DNA from: Dehalococcoidia bacterium
GTDB taxonomy: Bacteria; Chloroflexota; Dehalococcoidia; Lucifugimonadales; UBA3495
DNA length: 64,000 nt
NCBI GenBank assembly: GCA_965197665.1
Contig: CBDANO010000004.1
Location: 447,885 to 511,884 of the forward strand
Reading direction: 5' to 3'
The notes under the pieces are model-generated. The model made no database searches, was not told where the DNA came from, and worked only from the letters and a program-made list of their open reading frames with translations. Below are positions 1 to 9,805 of this stretch, one piece after another. The first letter of the stretch is position 1; each line of letters opens with the position of its first letter. A program made the position numbers and the translations under genes.

Positions 1-951
1 CGAGGGCAAGTGGTCCTGATCGATTTCTGGACCTACACCTGCGTGAACTGCCTTAGGACTTTACCGTACATTAAGGATTGGAACACCAAGTACGCCGATA
101 AAGGTCTGGTCATCGTCGGGGTTCACACACCCGAGTTCGACTTCGAGAAGGTAACCGACAACGTGGTCCGCAGCGCCCAAGAAAACGAAGTGTCTTGGGC
201 TATCGCTCAAGACAACGACTACAGAACTTGGCGCTCCTACAACAACCGGTATTGGCCCGCCAAGTACCTGGTGGACCACGAAGGCGCCGTCCGCTACACT
301 CACTTCGGCGAGGGCGCCTATGTCGAAACCGAGGAACAGATACGAAGCCTGTTGCAGGAAGCAGGCGCCGACCTATCCGGCGTGGCGGTGAGCGAACAGC
401 CGGCGCCTAAAGTGGACCCCCGGGCCTATACGACGGACCCGGCACTCCGCATAACCAGGGAGATCTACGGCGGCTTTGGCCGTAACGCTTCGCCGCAGGG
501 TATATACATATCACACCAGGAGTACTACGAGGGGCCGAACCGGACAGTCTTCTACACCGACCCGGGCGAACATATGAACCAGTTCATGTACTTGCAGGGA
601 CCCTGGGAGAATGGATTCGAGCAGATCAAACATGCTCGCGAAACCGAGAACTATGAAGACTACATAGCCTTGCAGTTCGTTGCTACCAGCGTCAACGCGG
701 TTATCGACCCGGAGGGCGGCGACCCCTTTGAAGTACAAGTGACCATCGATGGGCGCCCGCTCACCGAGGAAGAAGCCGGAACGGATTTGATGGTTGAAAA
801 CGGACGCAGTTTCTTCGAGGTGGACGAGCCCAGGATGTACGAGGTGATAGCCTTGCCCGACTTCGGCAACCACGAACTCAAGCTCAGTTCCAACTCCCCC
901 GACTTTTCCTTGTTTGCTTTTACTTTTGGCGCTTACGAGGAAGGGCCCTAA
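1..951 (+). CDS. Redoxin/thioredoxin-domain protein with DipZ-like C-terminal domain (5' truncated by window)
   Basis: Frame open from base 1; IDFWTYTCVNC CxxC motif, GVHTPEF and NRYWPAKYLVD motifs of DipZ-type redoxins; C-terminal beta domain ending FAFTFG. Confidence 0.85.
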   Translation, partial: RGQVVLIDFWTYTCVNCLRTLPYIKDWNTKYADKGLVIVGVHTPEFDFEKVTDNVVRSAQENEVSWAIAQDNDYRTWRSYNNRYWPAKYLVDHEGAVRYTHFGEGAYVETEEQIRSLLQEAGADLSGVAVSEQPAPKVDPRAYTTDPALRITREIYGGFGRNASPQGIYISHQEYYEGPNRTVFYTDPGEHMNQFMYLQGPWENGFEQIKHARETENYEDYIALQFVATSVNAVIDPEGGDPFEVQVTIDGRPLTEEEAGTDLMVENGRSFFEVDEPRMYEVIALPDFGNHELKLSSNSPDFSLFAFTFGAYEEGP

Positions 952-956
952 ACGGC

Positions 957-1964
957 ATGCTTGCCCATCCGACCCGTCTATCCGCCGCCACTGCCGCGTT
1001 GGTCATCACCGTCTTGGCGGCGTCCGCTTGCGGAAGCAACGTGACCGCCACGCCCCCGGAGCCCTCTCCCGTGCAGACAACGGCAACGGCAACACCTATA
1101 GCCTCGCCTACTGCGCCGCCAACGGCAACACCGGTAGCCTCGCCTACTGAACCTCAGGCGGCAACAGATGAAGTCAACACCATTTTGGCTACCACGGTGC
1201 TGCGGGTGGGCAGCCAAAGAGTGGCGTTTCTCCTCACCACCTCCGAGGGGATCATCAAGACACCACAGGCCGGGGTGAAGACGGAGTTCTTGGGGGAGGG
1301 CGAGGCCGCCGGGCAACAAGAGACGGCCGAGTTTCACTTGTGGCCCTACGGCGTGCGCGGCGCTTACAGCACCGAGCTTGACTTCGAACGGGCCGGCCCT
1401 TGGCGCATAGACGTGGACGTAGAAGGCCCCAACGGTCCGGCAAAGGCCCGCTTGGAGATTGAAGTAGCCGAGGAGGTGGGAATTCCAGACATCGGATCGA
1501 TCCCCCCGTTTGGCTCCAACAAGACGGTCCACACCGTGGACCGCTTGGAGCAGCTTACCACGGATTTTTCGCCGGACCCCGACCTCTACCAACTCACCAT
1601 CGCCGAGGGGGTTATCTCGGGGCGGCCAACCGTCGTCGTGTTTGCCACCCCCGCCTTTTGTACCAGTCCCACCTGCGGGCCCCAGGTGGACACTGTCTCT
1701 GAACTCAAAGACCTGCGAGGAGCCGAGGCCAACTTCATTCACGTCGAGATCTATGATAACCCCGAAGAGATCCAGGGGGACTTGAGCAGCGCGGTGATAA
1801 CGGACTTGGTCCACAAGTGGGGCCTCAGCTCAATCCCCGACTGGTTCAACGAGTCCTGGACCTTCGTCATAGGCCGGGACGGCCGCATCGCGCAAAGATT
1901 CGAGGGGTTTGCCACCCTCGAGGAGTTGGACGCCGCCCTCCAAGCGGTGCTGGACGCCGTCTAA
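957..1964 (+). CDS. Lipoprotein with Pro/Thr linker and C-terminal thioredoxin-like domain
   Basis: Lipobox ASAC; P/T-rich linker; VVVFATPAFCTSPTCGP thioredoxin-like segment; starts 5 nt after the upstream stop. Confidence 0.7.
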   Translation: MLAHPTRLSAATAALVITVLAASACGSNVTATPPEPSPVQTTATATPIASPTAPPTATPVASPTEPQAATDEVNTILATTVLRVGSQRVAFLLTTSEGIIKTPQAGVKTEFLGEGEAAGQQETAEFHLWPYGVRGAYSTELDFERAGPWRIDVDVEGPNGPAKARLEIEVAEEVGIPDIGSIPPFGSNKTVHTVDRLEQLTTDFSPDPDLYQLTIAEGVISGRPTVVVFATPAFCTSPTCGPQVDTVSELKDLRGAEANFIHVEIYDNPEEIQGDLSSAVITDLVHKWGLSSIPDWFNESWTFVIGRDGRIAQRFEGFATLEELDAALQAVLDAV

Positions 1965-2099
1965 CGTCCCTTGTGACCACCCTCGCCCTCTGCTAAAATC
2001 TTGGCGGATTCGCATCCTCGGAGTTTGGGCCGGCCTGCCCTCTCAACACCCAATCTCAGGAAGAAACACGGGCTGAAATTACCCCCGGGAGGTAGGACC

Positions 2100-2876
2100 A
2101 TGCCGTCCTTTTGGGAGAACCTGCGATTCGCCGGAGAGCGAGAGTTCGACGATCTACACGGGCAGCAGGGGCAGGATATGGCAACCTACGTTAGCCACCC
2201 TCCTCCTTCCGCCGGGACCAGTTTCCCGGCCATTATCGTGGCGCAGGAAGCCTTTGGAGTTACCCGCCACATCGAGAAGGTGTGCGACCGGTTTGCCGAT
2301 GAGGGGTACGTTGCCATGGCGCCCGCCCTCTATCACCGCGACCACCCCAACCCAAAACTGGGCTACGGCGACGAGGACGCGCCTACCAGGACGCGATACA
2401 TGAGCTCCCTGCGGGATGACGAATTAGTCGAAGACATAAACGTCACCATCAACTATTTGCAAAACCGGTTCCCCCGGACCCGCGGCCAGAAGATAGGCAT
2501 CGTCGGATACTGCGTCGGCGGCCGCATCGCCTACCTGGCCGCCGCCAGCTGCCCCGGGCTTAGCGCCGCGTCGGTCTACTATGGGGGACGCATCCTGATT
2601 CCCTTCGGCGACGGCCCGGCCCCCATAGACCTGAGCCATCAGATCAACATCCCGGTCATGGGGAATTTCGGAGAGAAGGACGCCAACCCGACACCGGATG
2701 ACGTGGCCCAAATCGAGGCCAAGCTCAAAGAGGCAGGGGTGACTTACGACTTCAAGATGTACCCCGAGGCCGGCCACGGCTTCAATTGCGACGAGCGACC
2801 CGACTACCACGAGGCCACGGCTAAAGACGCGCTAAGCCGTACCTTGGCTTGGTTCGACAAATACGTCAGGAATTGA
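2100..2876 (+). CDS. Dienelactone hydrolase family protein
   Basis: QEAFG, GYCVGG nucleophile motif, GHGF; SD GGAGGT upstream of ATG 2100. Confidence 0.9.
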   Translation: MPSFWENLRFAGEREFDDLHGQQGQDMATYVSHPPPSAGTSFPAIIVAQEAFGVTRHIEKVCDRFADEGYVAMAPALYHRDHPNPKLGYGDEDAPTRTRYMSSLRDDELVEDINVTINYLQNRFPRTRGQKIGIVGYCVGGRIAYLAAASCPGLSAASVYYGGRILIPFGDGPAPIDLSHQINIPVMGNFGEKDANPTPDDVAQIEAKLKEAGVTYDFKMYPEAGHGFNCDERPDYHEATAKDALSRTLAWFDKYVRN

Positions 2877-2980
2877 CGGCGCGGCGCCCGTCGAATGACC
2901 TAGTAGCGTTGCTGCCTGCTCAGGCAGCGGGTTCAACCACCGGCAGACCGGACGGTGCGGGCGGGTAACCCGGCAAGGGA

Positions 2981-3535
2981 TTAACCGGCGAAGGATTTCC
3001 TCATTCGATAGACGGTCAACTCCGGTTCGATGGGGGACACCGGAAGGTACTCGGCCTCTTGGACCTTGGCTACGATGAACCAAGGCCCCTCCTCCTGAAG
3101 GGCCGTGGAAAATATCGACGCCAACCCTTCAAGGTCGGAAACTGTCTGAGTATGGCGTATCCCGCAACTCCGGGCCACCTGAGCTAGGTCGGTACCCGTT
3201 GCCGTGTGGCTGGGTTGGTGCCCCGTCTGACCCCACTCCTCGTTGTCCCAGACCACCACAATCAGATTCTTGGGTTGTTCCCTGCCGATGGTAGCAATCG
3301 TGCCCAGGTTCATGAGCAAGGACCCGTCGCCGTCCAACGAAATCACACGCTCTTGCGTGGATAGGGCCATGCCGAGGGCGATGGACGAGCATAGGCCCAT
3401 GCTGCCGTAAGTATAGAAGCTGCGGTCCCGGTGGCCGGCGTGCCACATTTCGTCGCTGGTAGGTCCCAGGTTACCCACGACGGGGCTGTTGCCGGCCTGT
3501 TGCAAGACCAGTTTGGTGGCTTCGAACCTAAGCAA
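2981..3535 (-). CDS. TPP-binding decarboxylase beta subunit (sulfopyruvate decarboxylase ComE-like)
   Basis: GSMG and DGDGSLLMN...DN TPP-binding motif; overlaps the alpha-subunit gene. Confidence 0.8.
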   Translation of the reverse strand: MLRFEATKLVLQQAGNSPVVGNLGPTSDEMWHAGHRDRSFYTYGSMGLCSSIALGMALSTQERVISLDGDGSLLMNLGTIATIGREQPKNLIVVVWDNEEWGQTGHQPSHTATGTDLAQVARSCGIRHTQTVSDLEGLASIFSTALQEEGPWFIVAKVQEAEYLPVSPIEPELTVYRMRKSFAG

Positions 3536-4034
3536 GCTTGCCTCCGTGCAACATTTGGGTCATGCAGACGGCCACCGGCTGGCGGTTGGCGTGGCACAGC
3601 TTCAGCGCTCCGTCCAGCCTGCGGTCCAACCTATCTTCGTCCTCCAAGGTGAAGTGGACCAAGCCCAGCAGGTCCAAGATCGGCCTGGTGGTCCGTCCCA
3701 TGGCCACCTGAGCGATGTTGAACTCGCCCTCGCCGCCTCGAAGGTTGATGAACAAGGGGATCGGGGTCCGGCACGGGATGCACAGGCTTGCCAGGGCATT
3801 GACGGTGTTCCCAAAGCCGCTGGACTGCATGAAAACCGCCGAGTTGCGCCCCACCGCGTAAGCGCCAACCGCTATTCCGATAGCTTCTTCCTCCCGGGTC
3901 GCGGAGACCAAGTGAAAGAAGGGGTCGGAATCTATGAGCCTGGTTACTTGGTGTATCGAGATGTCCGGGACGTAAGCGATTAGCGACGTATTCCAGTTTT
4001 TCAACGCTTGTATGATAGACTCAGCCCAAGCCAT
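3528..4034 (-). CDS. TPP-dependent decarboxylase alpha subunit (ComD-like)
   Basis: YVPD, TREEEAIGIAVG and MQSSGFGN motifs. Confidence 0.8.
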   Translation of the reverse strand: MAWAESIIQALKNWNTSLIAYVPDISIHQVTRLIDSDPFFHLVSATREEEAIGIAVGAYAVGRNSAVFMQSSGFGNTVNALASLCIPCRTPIPLFINLRGGEGEFNIAQVAMGRTTRPILDLLGLVHFTLEDEDRLDRRLDGALKLCHANRQPVAVCMTQMLHGGKLA

Positions 4035-4205
4035 GGCCCCGGTTATCTCCCTCGTCTCAAAATTGCGGCCTCCGGTCGGCGACGGCGGGCGCCGCCGAGT
4101 GTTAACCGCCGGAAGCTCGACCCTAGTTGGGCCTGCGGCGTCGAAAGCCCCGGCGGGTCCGAGCCGCCGGGGCAGTCCAGTCAGGCCATCTATGAATCGA
4201 CGGAC

Positions 4206-4694
4206 CTAATACGGCGGCGCGTCGTCGGTGCTTCCTCCCGCGCTTCCATACGGCGGCGGCCCCGCCGAGCTTTCATCCGGAAGCCGCGGCCGGTCGTCGG
4301 GGCCTCTATAATTCTCCAACGCTTCGTCAAACCGGTCGCGGAACTCGTCAATGTTCTTGGCCGATATCACCACCCGTTGGCCGTTGGCCATCCTCAGCCT
4401 CAACCGGTTTCCCGTGGGCATCACCAACATCTCCAGGTACTCGATGTCGTCGAACCGGTACGCTTTCACCCGGGGCCGGCCGTAAGCAATCAACAAAGCG
4501 TCCGGGTAAATGTAGTATTGCCTGGCGTTGGTAAACCAGCCCCAAGCGGCGCCCGCCAAGCCCAAAACCAACAACAGCGGGTTTATTCCTTGAACCAATC
4601 CGAGGACGATGACAACCACGGAAAGTATTAGGGTAATATTCAGCGAGCTTTTGGCGGTGTCCCAGTGAAGGGGTTGTTGTTGGGGTTGCTCCAT
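4206..4694 (-). CDS. Hypothetical membrane protein (2 TM plus PH-like beta domain)
   Basis: Start re-placed at MEQPQQ (4694); the longer ORF runs through the repeat element; two hydrophobic helices then a beta-rich domain. Confidence 0.65.
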   Translation of the reverse strand: MEQPQQQPLHWDTAKSSLNITLILSVVVIVLGLVQGINPLLLVLGLAGAAWGWFTNARQYYIYPDALLIAYGRPRVKAYRFDDIEYLEMLVMPTGNRLRLRMANGQRVVISAKNIDEFRDRFDEALENYRGPDDRPRLPDESSAGPPPYGSAGGSTDDAPPY

Positions 4695-4802
4695 GGCCAA
4701 TATTCTAACACACCGACTCGTCATAAAGCAGGGCTGCGGGGTACGATTGTCCCAATTGTCCGCACTCCGGTTGCTATAATCCGCTTGGTGTGATGAACTA
4801 GC

Positions 4803-4999
4803 AACCCCGTGGGCAAACTTCCCATGGCCTGTCCGAACGTAACGCAAGGGTAGCCCCACCCAGGAAGGACCGAGGGTGGTTGGCCCGCCGTGGCGGGCCA
4901 ACCACCCTCCATTTCTCTCGTTTAAGACGGGCCGAATCCCACGACGACGTTGTTGCGTTGGCAATTCAACCCGCAACCGAAGAACTTGCGCACCGGGTT
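4803..4999 (-). repeat. Dispersed palindromic element, copy A (197 bp, MITE-like)
   Basis: Ends AACCCCGTGGGCAAACTT / AACTTGCGCACCGGGTT; central palindrome 4872-4909; colinear with copies at 31747, 57728, 34749 and about 22376. Confidence 0.9.
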
Positions 5000-5097
5000 A
5001 GGTGAAGAATCGTTATGGCGCCCTTGCCGAAAAAGCGCTGGTGATGACGGAGCACTGCAACGCGGCCGCAAGATAAGGCCGCGGCGAGGGGAGGCGG

Positions 5098-5952
5098 ATG
5101 ACCAACACCCCAGGATATTGCCGTTACTGCGGAGGGGAACTGTCAACATCCCAGGACAGGTTCTGCCCAAATTGCGGGCGGGCTACCTCGGAGTCCGGGC
5201 CCAGTATCCCCCGTCCTACCGCCGCGGGCCATACGTTTGCTCCTTACGGTCAAAGCATCTATGAATCACCAAAAACCCGTTCCAAGTGGACGTTGGTTTT
5301 CTTTGGGGTGCTGATTGCCGTCATCGCGGCGTCACTCGTGTCAACCGCGGCGGAGATACGCTTGCTGGAAAGGGTGGTAGACGGGGAGTCCGTCGCGGAG
5401 CAGGAACTCACAGCCAGCGACGACCGGCGAAGCGCCATCGCGGGTATTACCTTGATCGTCTACGTATGTCTGATAATTGCGTTTTGCACGTGGGTCTACC
5501 GAGCGTCTAAGAATCTTGGAGCGTTGAATGCGGCGGGTCAGCGCTTCTCCCCCGGCTGGTCCGTGGGATGGTGGTTCGTCCCGATAATGAACCTATTCAG
5601 GCCCTATCAAGTAATGAGAGAGATATGGCGGGGGAGCGACCCCCGGGTGACCGGCCAGGACCCATCGGCCTGGCAAGATTTTCCTCCCAGCCCAATCCTT
5701 GGCTGGTGGTGGGGCATTTGGATTGTCTCCAACCTCATTGCCATCGGTGTCTCGAGGGTCCTAACCTCCGACGATATCCCTCCCGAGGACCTTCTGACCG
5801 CCCACTACTTCAGCCTCGTTTGGGACGGGCTCACAATCGTGGCGGCCGTGATGGCTTTCATGTTGGTCAGAGGAATTACTTCCAACCAGGATGCCAAACA
5901 TCTCAATCTCGACTCCGCAAACCGTATTCCAACGCCGGGAGGCTCCCACTAG
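5098..5952 (+). CDS. Zinc-ribbon plus DUF4328-like membrane protein
   Basis: N-terminal CRYCG..FCPNCG; WVYRASKN, GWSVGWWFVPIMNLFRPYQVMREIW, WWWGIW motifs. Confidence 0.8.
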   Translation: MTNTPGYCRYCGGELSTSQDRFCPNCGRATSESGPSIPRPTAAGHTFAPYGQSIYESPKTRSKWTLVFFGVLIAVIAASLVSTAAEIRLLERVVDGESVAEQELTASDDRRSAIAGITLIVYVCLIIAFCTWVYRASKNLGALNAAGQRFSPGWSVGWWFVPIMNLFRPYQVMREIWRGSDPRVTGQDPSAWQDFPPSPILGWWWGIWIVSNLIAIGVSRVLTSDDIPPEDLLTAHYFSLVWDGLTIVAAVMAFMLVRGITSNQDAKHLNLDSANRIPTPGGSH

Positions 5953-6140
5953 AAGGATAGAAAGCTAACCGTTCAGCCTCATCGATGTAGACCGCGAGGC
6001 CCTCCCCGAAGCTGAAACCGGCCCCCCGATGATGAACACGGTCGCGCCCGGATAGTCAAAACGCCGCCAAGCCCAGGACCCCCTTCTCGGGGCCCGGCGT
6101 CCCACGTAGCAGCCGGCCCCGGCAGGCTTGAATCCCCGTC

Positions 6141-6530
6141 CTAAGGAGTGAATATCCGGGCGTACTGGCTGTCTGCCACTTCGCCGCTCTCGGCAAAGGA
6201 AAAGTTGGAGGTTATAACGCCGGTGACCCCGCTGAACTCTCCGTCCCCTCCCGTGACGTTCCATAAGACGGCGCCGTAGTTCACCCCGGCTACCGGGCTG
6301 CCGGTGATGTATCCGACACCGATGGTATCGAACCTCACGCTGCCGCGTCCGGCATAAGTGATGGTCCCCACCTCATTGAAGCCTTCGCCCGTTAGCACCA
6401 CTTCCGATTCGAAATTGACCGTTTCTCCATTTGGCCCGGTACCGGACGTGTTGGCTCGAAAAGTATTTTCTTTGCCCTCCACGGGCACCGCGCTGCCCCT
6501 CATTTCTGTCGCGAACACGAGCTCTGCCAC
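6141..6530 (-). CDS. Hypothetical beta-barrel protein
   Basis: 129-aa ORF with SD AGGAGG; VTGGDGEFSGVTG motif reminiscent of allene-oxide-cyclase/dirigent-like barrels. Confidence 0.65.
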   Translation of the reverse strand: MAELVFATEMRGSAVPVEGKENTFRANTSGTGPNGETVNFESEVVLTGEGFNEVGTITYAGRGSVRFDTIGVGYITGSPVAGVNYGAVLWNVTGGDGEFSGVTGVITSNFSFAESGEVADSQYARIFTP

Positions 6531-6835
6531 TTGGACACCTCCTGTCAGACTCGCTCTTTCGGCCGTTGCCGGCGTAACCGGTCGCAGCCCGTCCCGGCTT
6601 CATACAGGATACCACCGACAACCGGTTTTCACATCGTTCATCATGAAGTCGTAACCGGTCAGCCCCCGCGGGTGGAATCGTGAGGGCCTCCCCAGGTTGG
6701 CAATGGTTATCCAAAGAGCCTGCCATAGACCCTGCGGCAGACCGCCGCCGGGTTGCCGCCGTGATATACGCCTCGTAGAATGATAGTTGAATTGCAGTGA
6801 CGGGACGACCTTCTGAGTCCCGCGAGGGGCGAACG

Positions 6836-7678
6836 TTGAAAGCCATTGACATGCACGTGCACGTCCCCCGGCAGCCGGGACTACCCGGCGGGTCTCTGGA
6901 GCAGACTTTGAGGGACTATTTTCGTTTGAAGGGCGAGCCGGACGACGCGGCGCAAATGGCGGAGAAATACACTGAATGGGACCTGCTGGGCGTGCTTCTG
7001 TCCATAGATTCGGAAACCACGACCGGCGACGCCCCGGACTCCAACGACTACATAGCCGGAATCGTGGACCGGTACCCCGGCCGGTTCATCGGCTTCGCCG
7101 CGGTAGACCCTTGGAAGGGGGCCAAGGGCCTTGCGGAACTCGACCGCGCGGTGAATGACTTGGGGCTGCGGGGGCTAAAGCTTCACCCGGTACACCAAGC
7201 GTTCTACCCCAACGACCGGCAGTTCTACCCCTTCTACGAGAAGTGCTCCGAGCTAGGCGTGCCCGTCCTGTTCCACTCGGGCATGGCGGCGTCCGGTTCG
7301 GGAACACCGGGAGGCGGAGGCCTCAAACTGAAGTACAGCGCGCCCATTCCGGGCATAGACGACGTAGCCGCCGACTTCCCCGAACTGACGGTAATAATGG
7401 CCCACCCGGCTTGGCCCTGGGTGGAAGAGCAGATCGCCGTCGCGCTGCACAAGCCCAACGTGTACATCGATCTCTCGGGTTGGTCGCCCCGTTTCATCCC
7501 GGAGAGGCTCATCCAAGAAGCGAATACGAGATTACGGGAGAAGGTCCTCTTTGGCTCCGACTATCCGTATTTACCCCCCGACCGCTGGCTGTCCGAGTGG
7601 GACGGCCTCGACATACGGGACGAGGTACGCCCCAAGATCCTTCTTGAAAACGCAAGGAAAGTTCTTAAGTTGGACTAG
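6836..7678 (+). CDS. Amidohydrolase-2 family protein
   Basis: IDMHVH, GLKLHP, LFHSG, MAHPAWPW and LFGSDYP motifs. Confidence 0.9.
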   Translation: MKAIDMHVHVPRQPGLPGGSLEQTLRDYFRLKGEPDDAAQMAEKYTEWDLLGVLLSIDSETTTGDAPDSNDYIAGIVDRYPGRFIGFAAVDPWKGAKGLAELDRAVNDLGLRGLKLHPVHQAFYPNDRQFYPFYEKCSELGVPVLFHSGMAASGSGTPGGGGLKLKYSAPIPGIDDVAADFPELTVIMAHPAWPWVEEQIAVALHKPNVYIDLSGWSPRFIPERLIQEANTRLREKVLFGSDYPYLPPDRWLSEWDGLDIRDEVRPKILLENARKVLKLD

Positions 7679-7724
7679 CCGGGGCAGGCCGGACATGGTC
7701 CTTGGCCGACAAGGGACGTAGATT

Positions 7725-8909
7725 GTGAAAGTCTTCTATCAGCAAATCGGACGCCAAGTCCGGCTGCGAATCCTCGGCGCGGCGGTTGGCGTCGGGGCGA
7801 TTCTGGCCTTGACCGGCGCCTGCGGAGACACTGGCACTGAAGCCGGCGATAGCCTCTCAGGCGCGCTGACCGACGCCGCCCCACCCGAGCGAGCGCCCCT
7901 GCGGCCGGGCGGGTCTGTCGGCTTCAGCCATTTCGTTTTCGAGCAGGTGGGCGATGACGTGGTCACTTCCCTGGTTGAAGGCCCCCGCGGTCTCCAGGTG
8001 CGAGTACCCATCTCTTTCCCGGCAATGAAGCGAATCCTCGAGTCGGGGGGTCCGGTACCCGATGAGTTGCAAATGGACCGCTCCCAGTTGGGACGGTTGG
8101 TGGAGCAGTTGGACTCGGTGCGCGCCGCGACGGAGAAGTACCGGGACTTCAACGCCGCCATCGCCGACGGCTACGTTCAGGCGGGAGGCGTAGTACCCAA
8201 CATGGGGGCCCATTTCATCAACGAAGCGCGGATCAACGACGGGGTGCTAAACGTCGAGGAGCCGGAGTTCGTGCTGTATGACCGAGATAAGGATGGTCAA
8301 TGGCGGCTGGTTGGCACCGCCTTCGTGCTGCCCCGGGAAGGAGGCCCGCAGTCGCCGGCTAAGGCCGCGGGAGACGCTCACCCCGAAGGATTTGAAGGGC
8401 CGCTGGACAACTGGCACGTTCATTATCAGCTTTGTACTTTGCCCGACGGAGCCTTTCGCACCTTGAGCCAAGGGGCTTGCGAGGAGCGGAATGGAATGTT
8501 CACTCCTTCTTTCGGTTGGATGATCCACGCCTGGGTCCATGACGACAATCCCATGGGAGTGTTTTCAATGTGGAACCCGAACGTTCCTCCCTTGGCCTTG
8601 GGTACAACGGGCATTCGCCTCACCCGCGACACGTCCCCGCGGTCTAAGAAGGATTCAGTTAGCTTGGCGATCCAGAACTTCGAGCATTCGACCATAGAAA
8701 TCAAAGCCGGCGACTCAGTGACCTGGATAGACACCGACGGGGTACCTCACACGGTCACGTCGGGTCAAGGGGGCGTGGCCGACGGGGCCTTCGACTCAGA
8801 CCTATTCGGACCGGGGCAAACATTTACGCGCCGGTTCGACGAAGCGGGTACCTTTGCTTTTACTTGCACCATTCACCCCCAAATGAACGGCGCGGTCATC
8901 GTGAAGTGA
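7725..8909 (+). CDS. Lipoprotein with His-rich domain and C-terminal cupredoxin domain
   Basis: Lipobox TGAC; PHTVT and FTCTIHPQMNG type-1 copper motif. Confidence 0.75.
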   Translation: MKVFYQQIGRQVRLRILGAAVGVGAILALTGACGDTGTEAGDSLSGALTDAAPPERAPLRPGGSVGFSHFVFEQVGDDVVTSLVEGPRGLQVRVPISFPAMKRILESGGPVPDELQMDRSQLGRLVEQLDSVRAATEKYRDFNAAIADGYVQAGGVVPNMGAHFINEARINDGVLNVEEPEFVLYDRDKDGQWRLVGTAFVLPREGGPQSPAKAAGDAHPEGFEGPLDNWHVHYQLCTLPDGAFRTLSQGACEERNGMFTPSFGWMIHAWVHDDNPMGVFSMWNPNVPPLALGTTGIRLTRDTSPRSKKDSVSLAIQNFEHSTIEIKAGDSVTWIDTDGVPHTVTSGQGGVADGAFDSDLFGPGQTFTRRFDEAGTFAFTCTIHPQMNGAVIVK

Positions 8910-8946
8910 CGCGGAAGAATGCGGGCCCCGCTCAATGACGCCCTCT

Positions 8947-9318
8947 TCACACCTCGCGGGAAAGCATCAAGAGAGCATCGGCGGGGATGAGTCGCTGGCC
9001 CACAGGATCGACGGCTAGAAGAGCTCGTTCAAGGGTATAAACCCCCAGCAGAGTCGGTGACTTCTCTTCGCCAAACACCACGACGGTGCTTACGACCCGG
9101 CCATCCACTCCCACTTGAGTCTCGCCTATATCTCTTTCTATGACGCGCTCGTCCGCCAAGCGGAACCGGACCTTTTCCTTTCGGGCGACGCCGAGCCGCT
9201 GCAGAACGGCGGAGGGAATGACCGTGAAAGTCGCTCCTGTATCTACCAGAGCCTCCACTTTCTCGAAGCGAACCCCCTCCGGGTCGCCGACCATCAAGGT
9301 ATATGAGAAGACGCTCAT
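8947..9318 (-). CDS. Clan AA (retropepsin-like) aspartyl protease
   Basis: ALVDTGAT and LLGVYTLE motifs; start at MSVFSY. Confidence 0.85.
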   Translation of the reverse strand: MSVFSYTLMVGDPEGVRFEKVEALVDTGATFTVIPSAVLQRLGVARKEKVRFRLADERVIERDIGETQVGVDGRVVSTVVVFGEEKSPTLLGVYTLERALLAVDPVGQRLIPADALLMLSREV

Positions 9319-9412
9319 TTGACCCCCCTCTCCCGACGAGCTACTTTGGGTTGCCGCCTCTATGATAGCAGGCCAACCGGAACCATTAGTCCGGGTTTGA
9401 TACGTAATCCTC

Positions 9413-9442
9413 AAAAAAGCCGTTACGGAATGACGTAACGGC
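9413..9442 (-). terminator. Intrinsic terminator downstream of tRNA-Pro
   Basis: Stem GCCGTTACG/CGTAACGGC followed by T6 on the minus strand. Confidence 0.8.
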
Positions 9443-9467
9443 TGTCTACCCGGTTGAACGGTGTGGA

Positions 9468-9544
9468 TGGTCGGGGCGCCCGGATTTGAACCGGGGGCCC
9501 CCTGCACCCCATGCAGGTGCGCTACCTGGCTGCGCTACGCCCCG
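9468..9544 (-). tRNA. tRNA-Pro(GGG)
   Basis: Cloverleaf CGGGGCG...CGCCCCGACCA; anticodon arm CCTGC-ATGGGGT-GCAGG; GGTTCAAATCC T-arm. Confidence 0.95.
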
Positions 9545-9805
9545 ACGGCCGTAATTATATCATGGGGGCTTAACGCCGGGCGCCCCGCGCCGGGGGCAAT
9601 CCCGAGGGTGACCGTGCGCTGGCGCTCGTGAAGCCGCGGCCTCTATAATCTCCCAAACGCTCGCGGCTCCGGCATTCTAAAGCCCAAGGCATGTAGGGGG
9701 CCTAGGCCCGCCTCCTCCATGGGGAGCCGGCGGCCCACTCGAATCGGCTACGGCCCGAGCTAGCGATTAACGCCTGCGGCCTGAGATGAAATTGAGGTGC
9801 CGCCC

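Noticed and set aside
8947-9544. Genomic island integrated at tRNA-Pro
   Set aside because: No duplicated tRNA 3' end and no integrase found in the window
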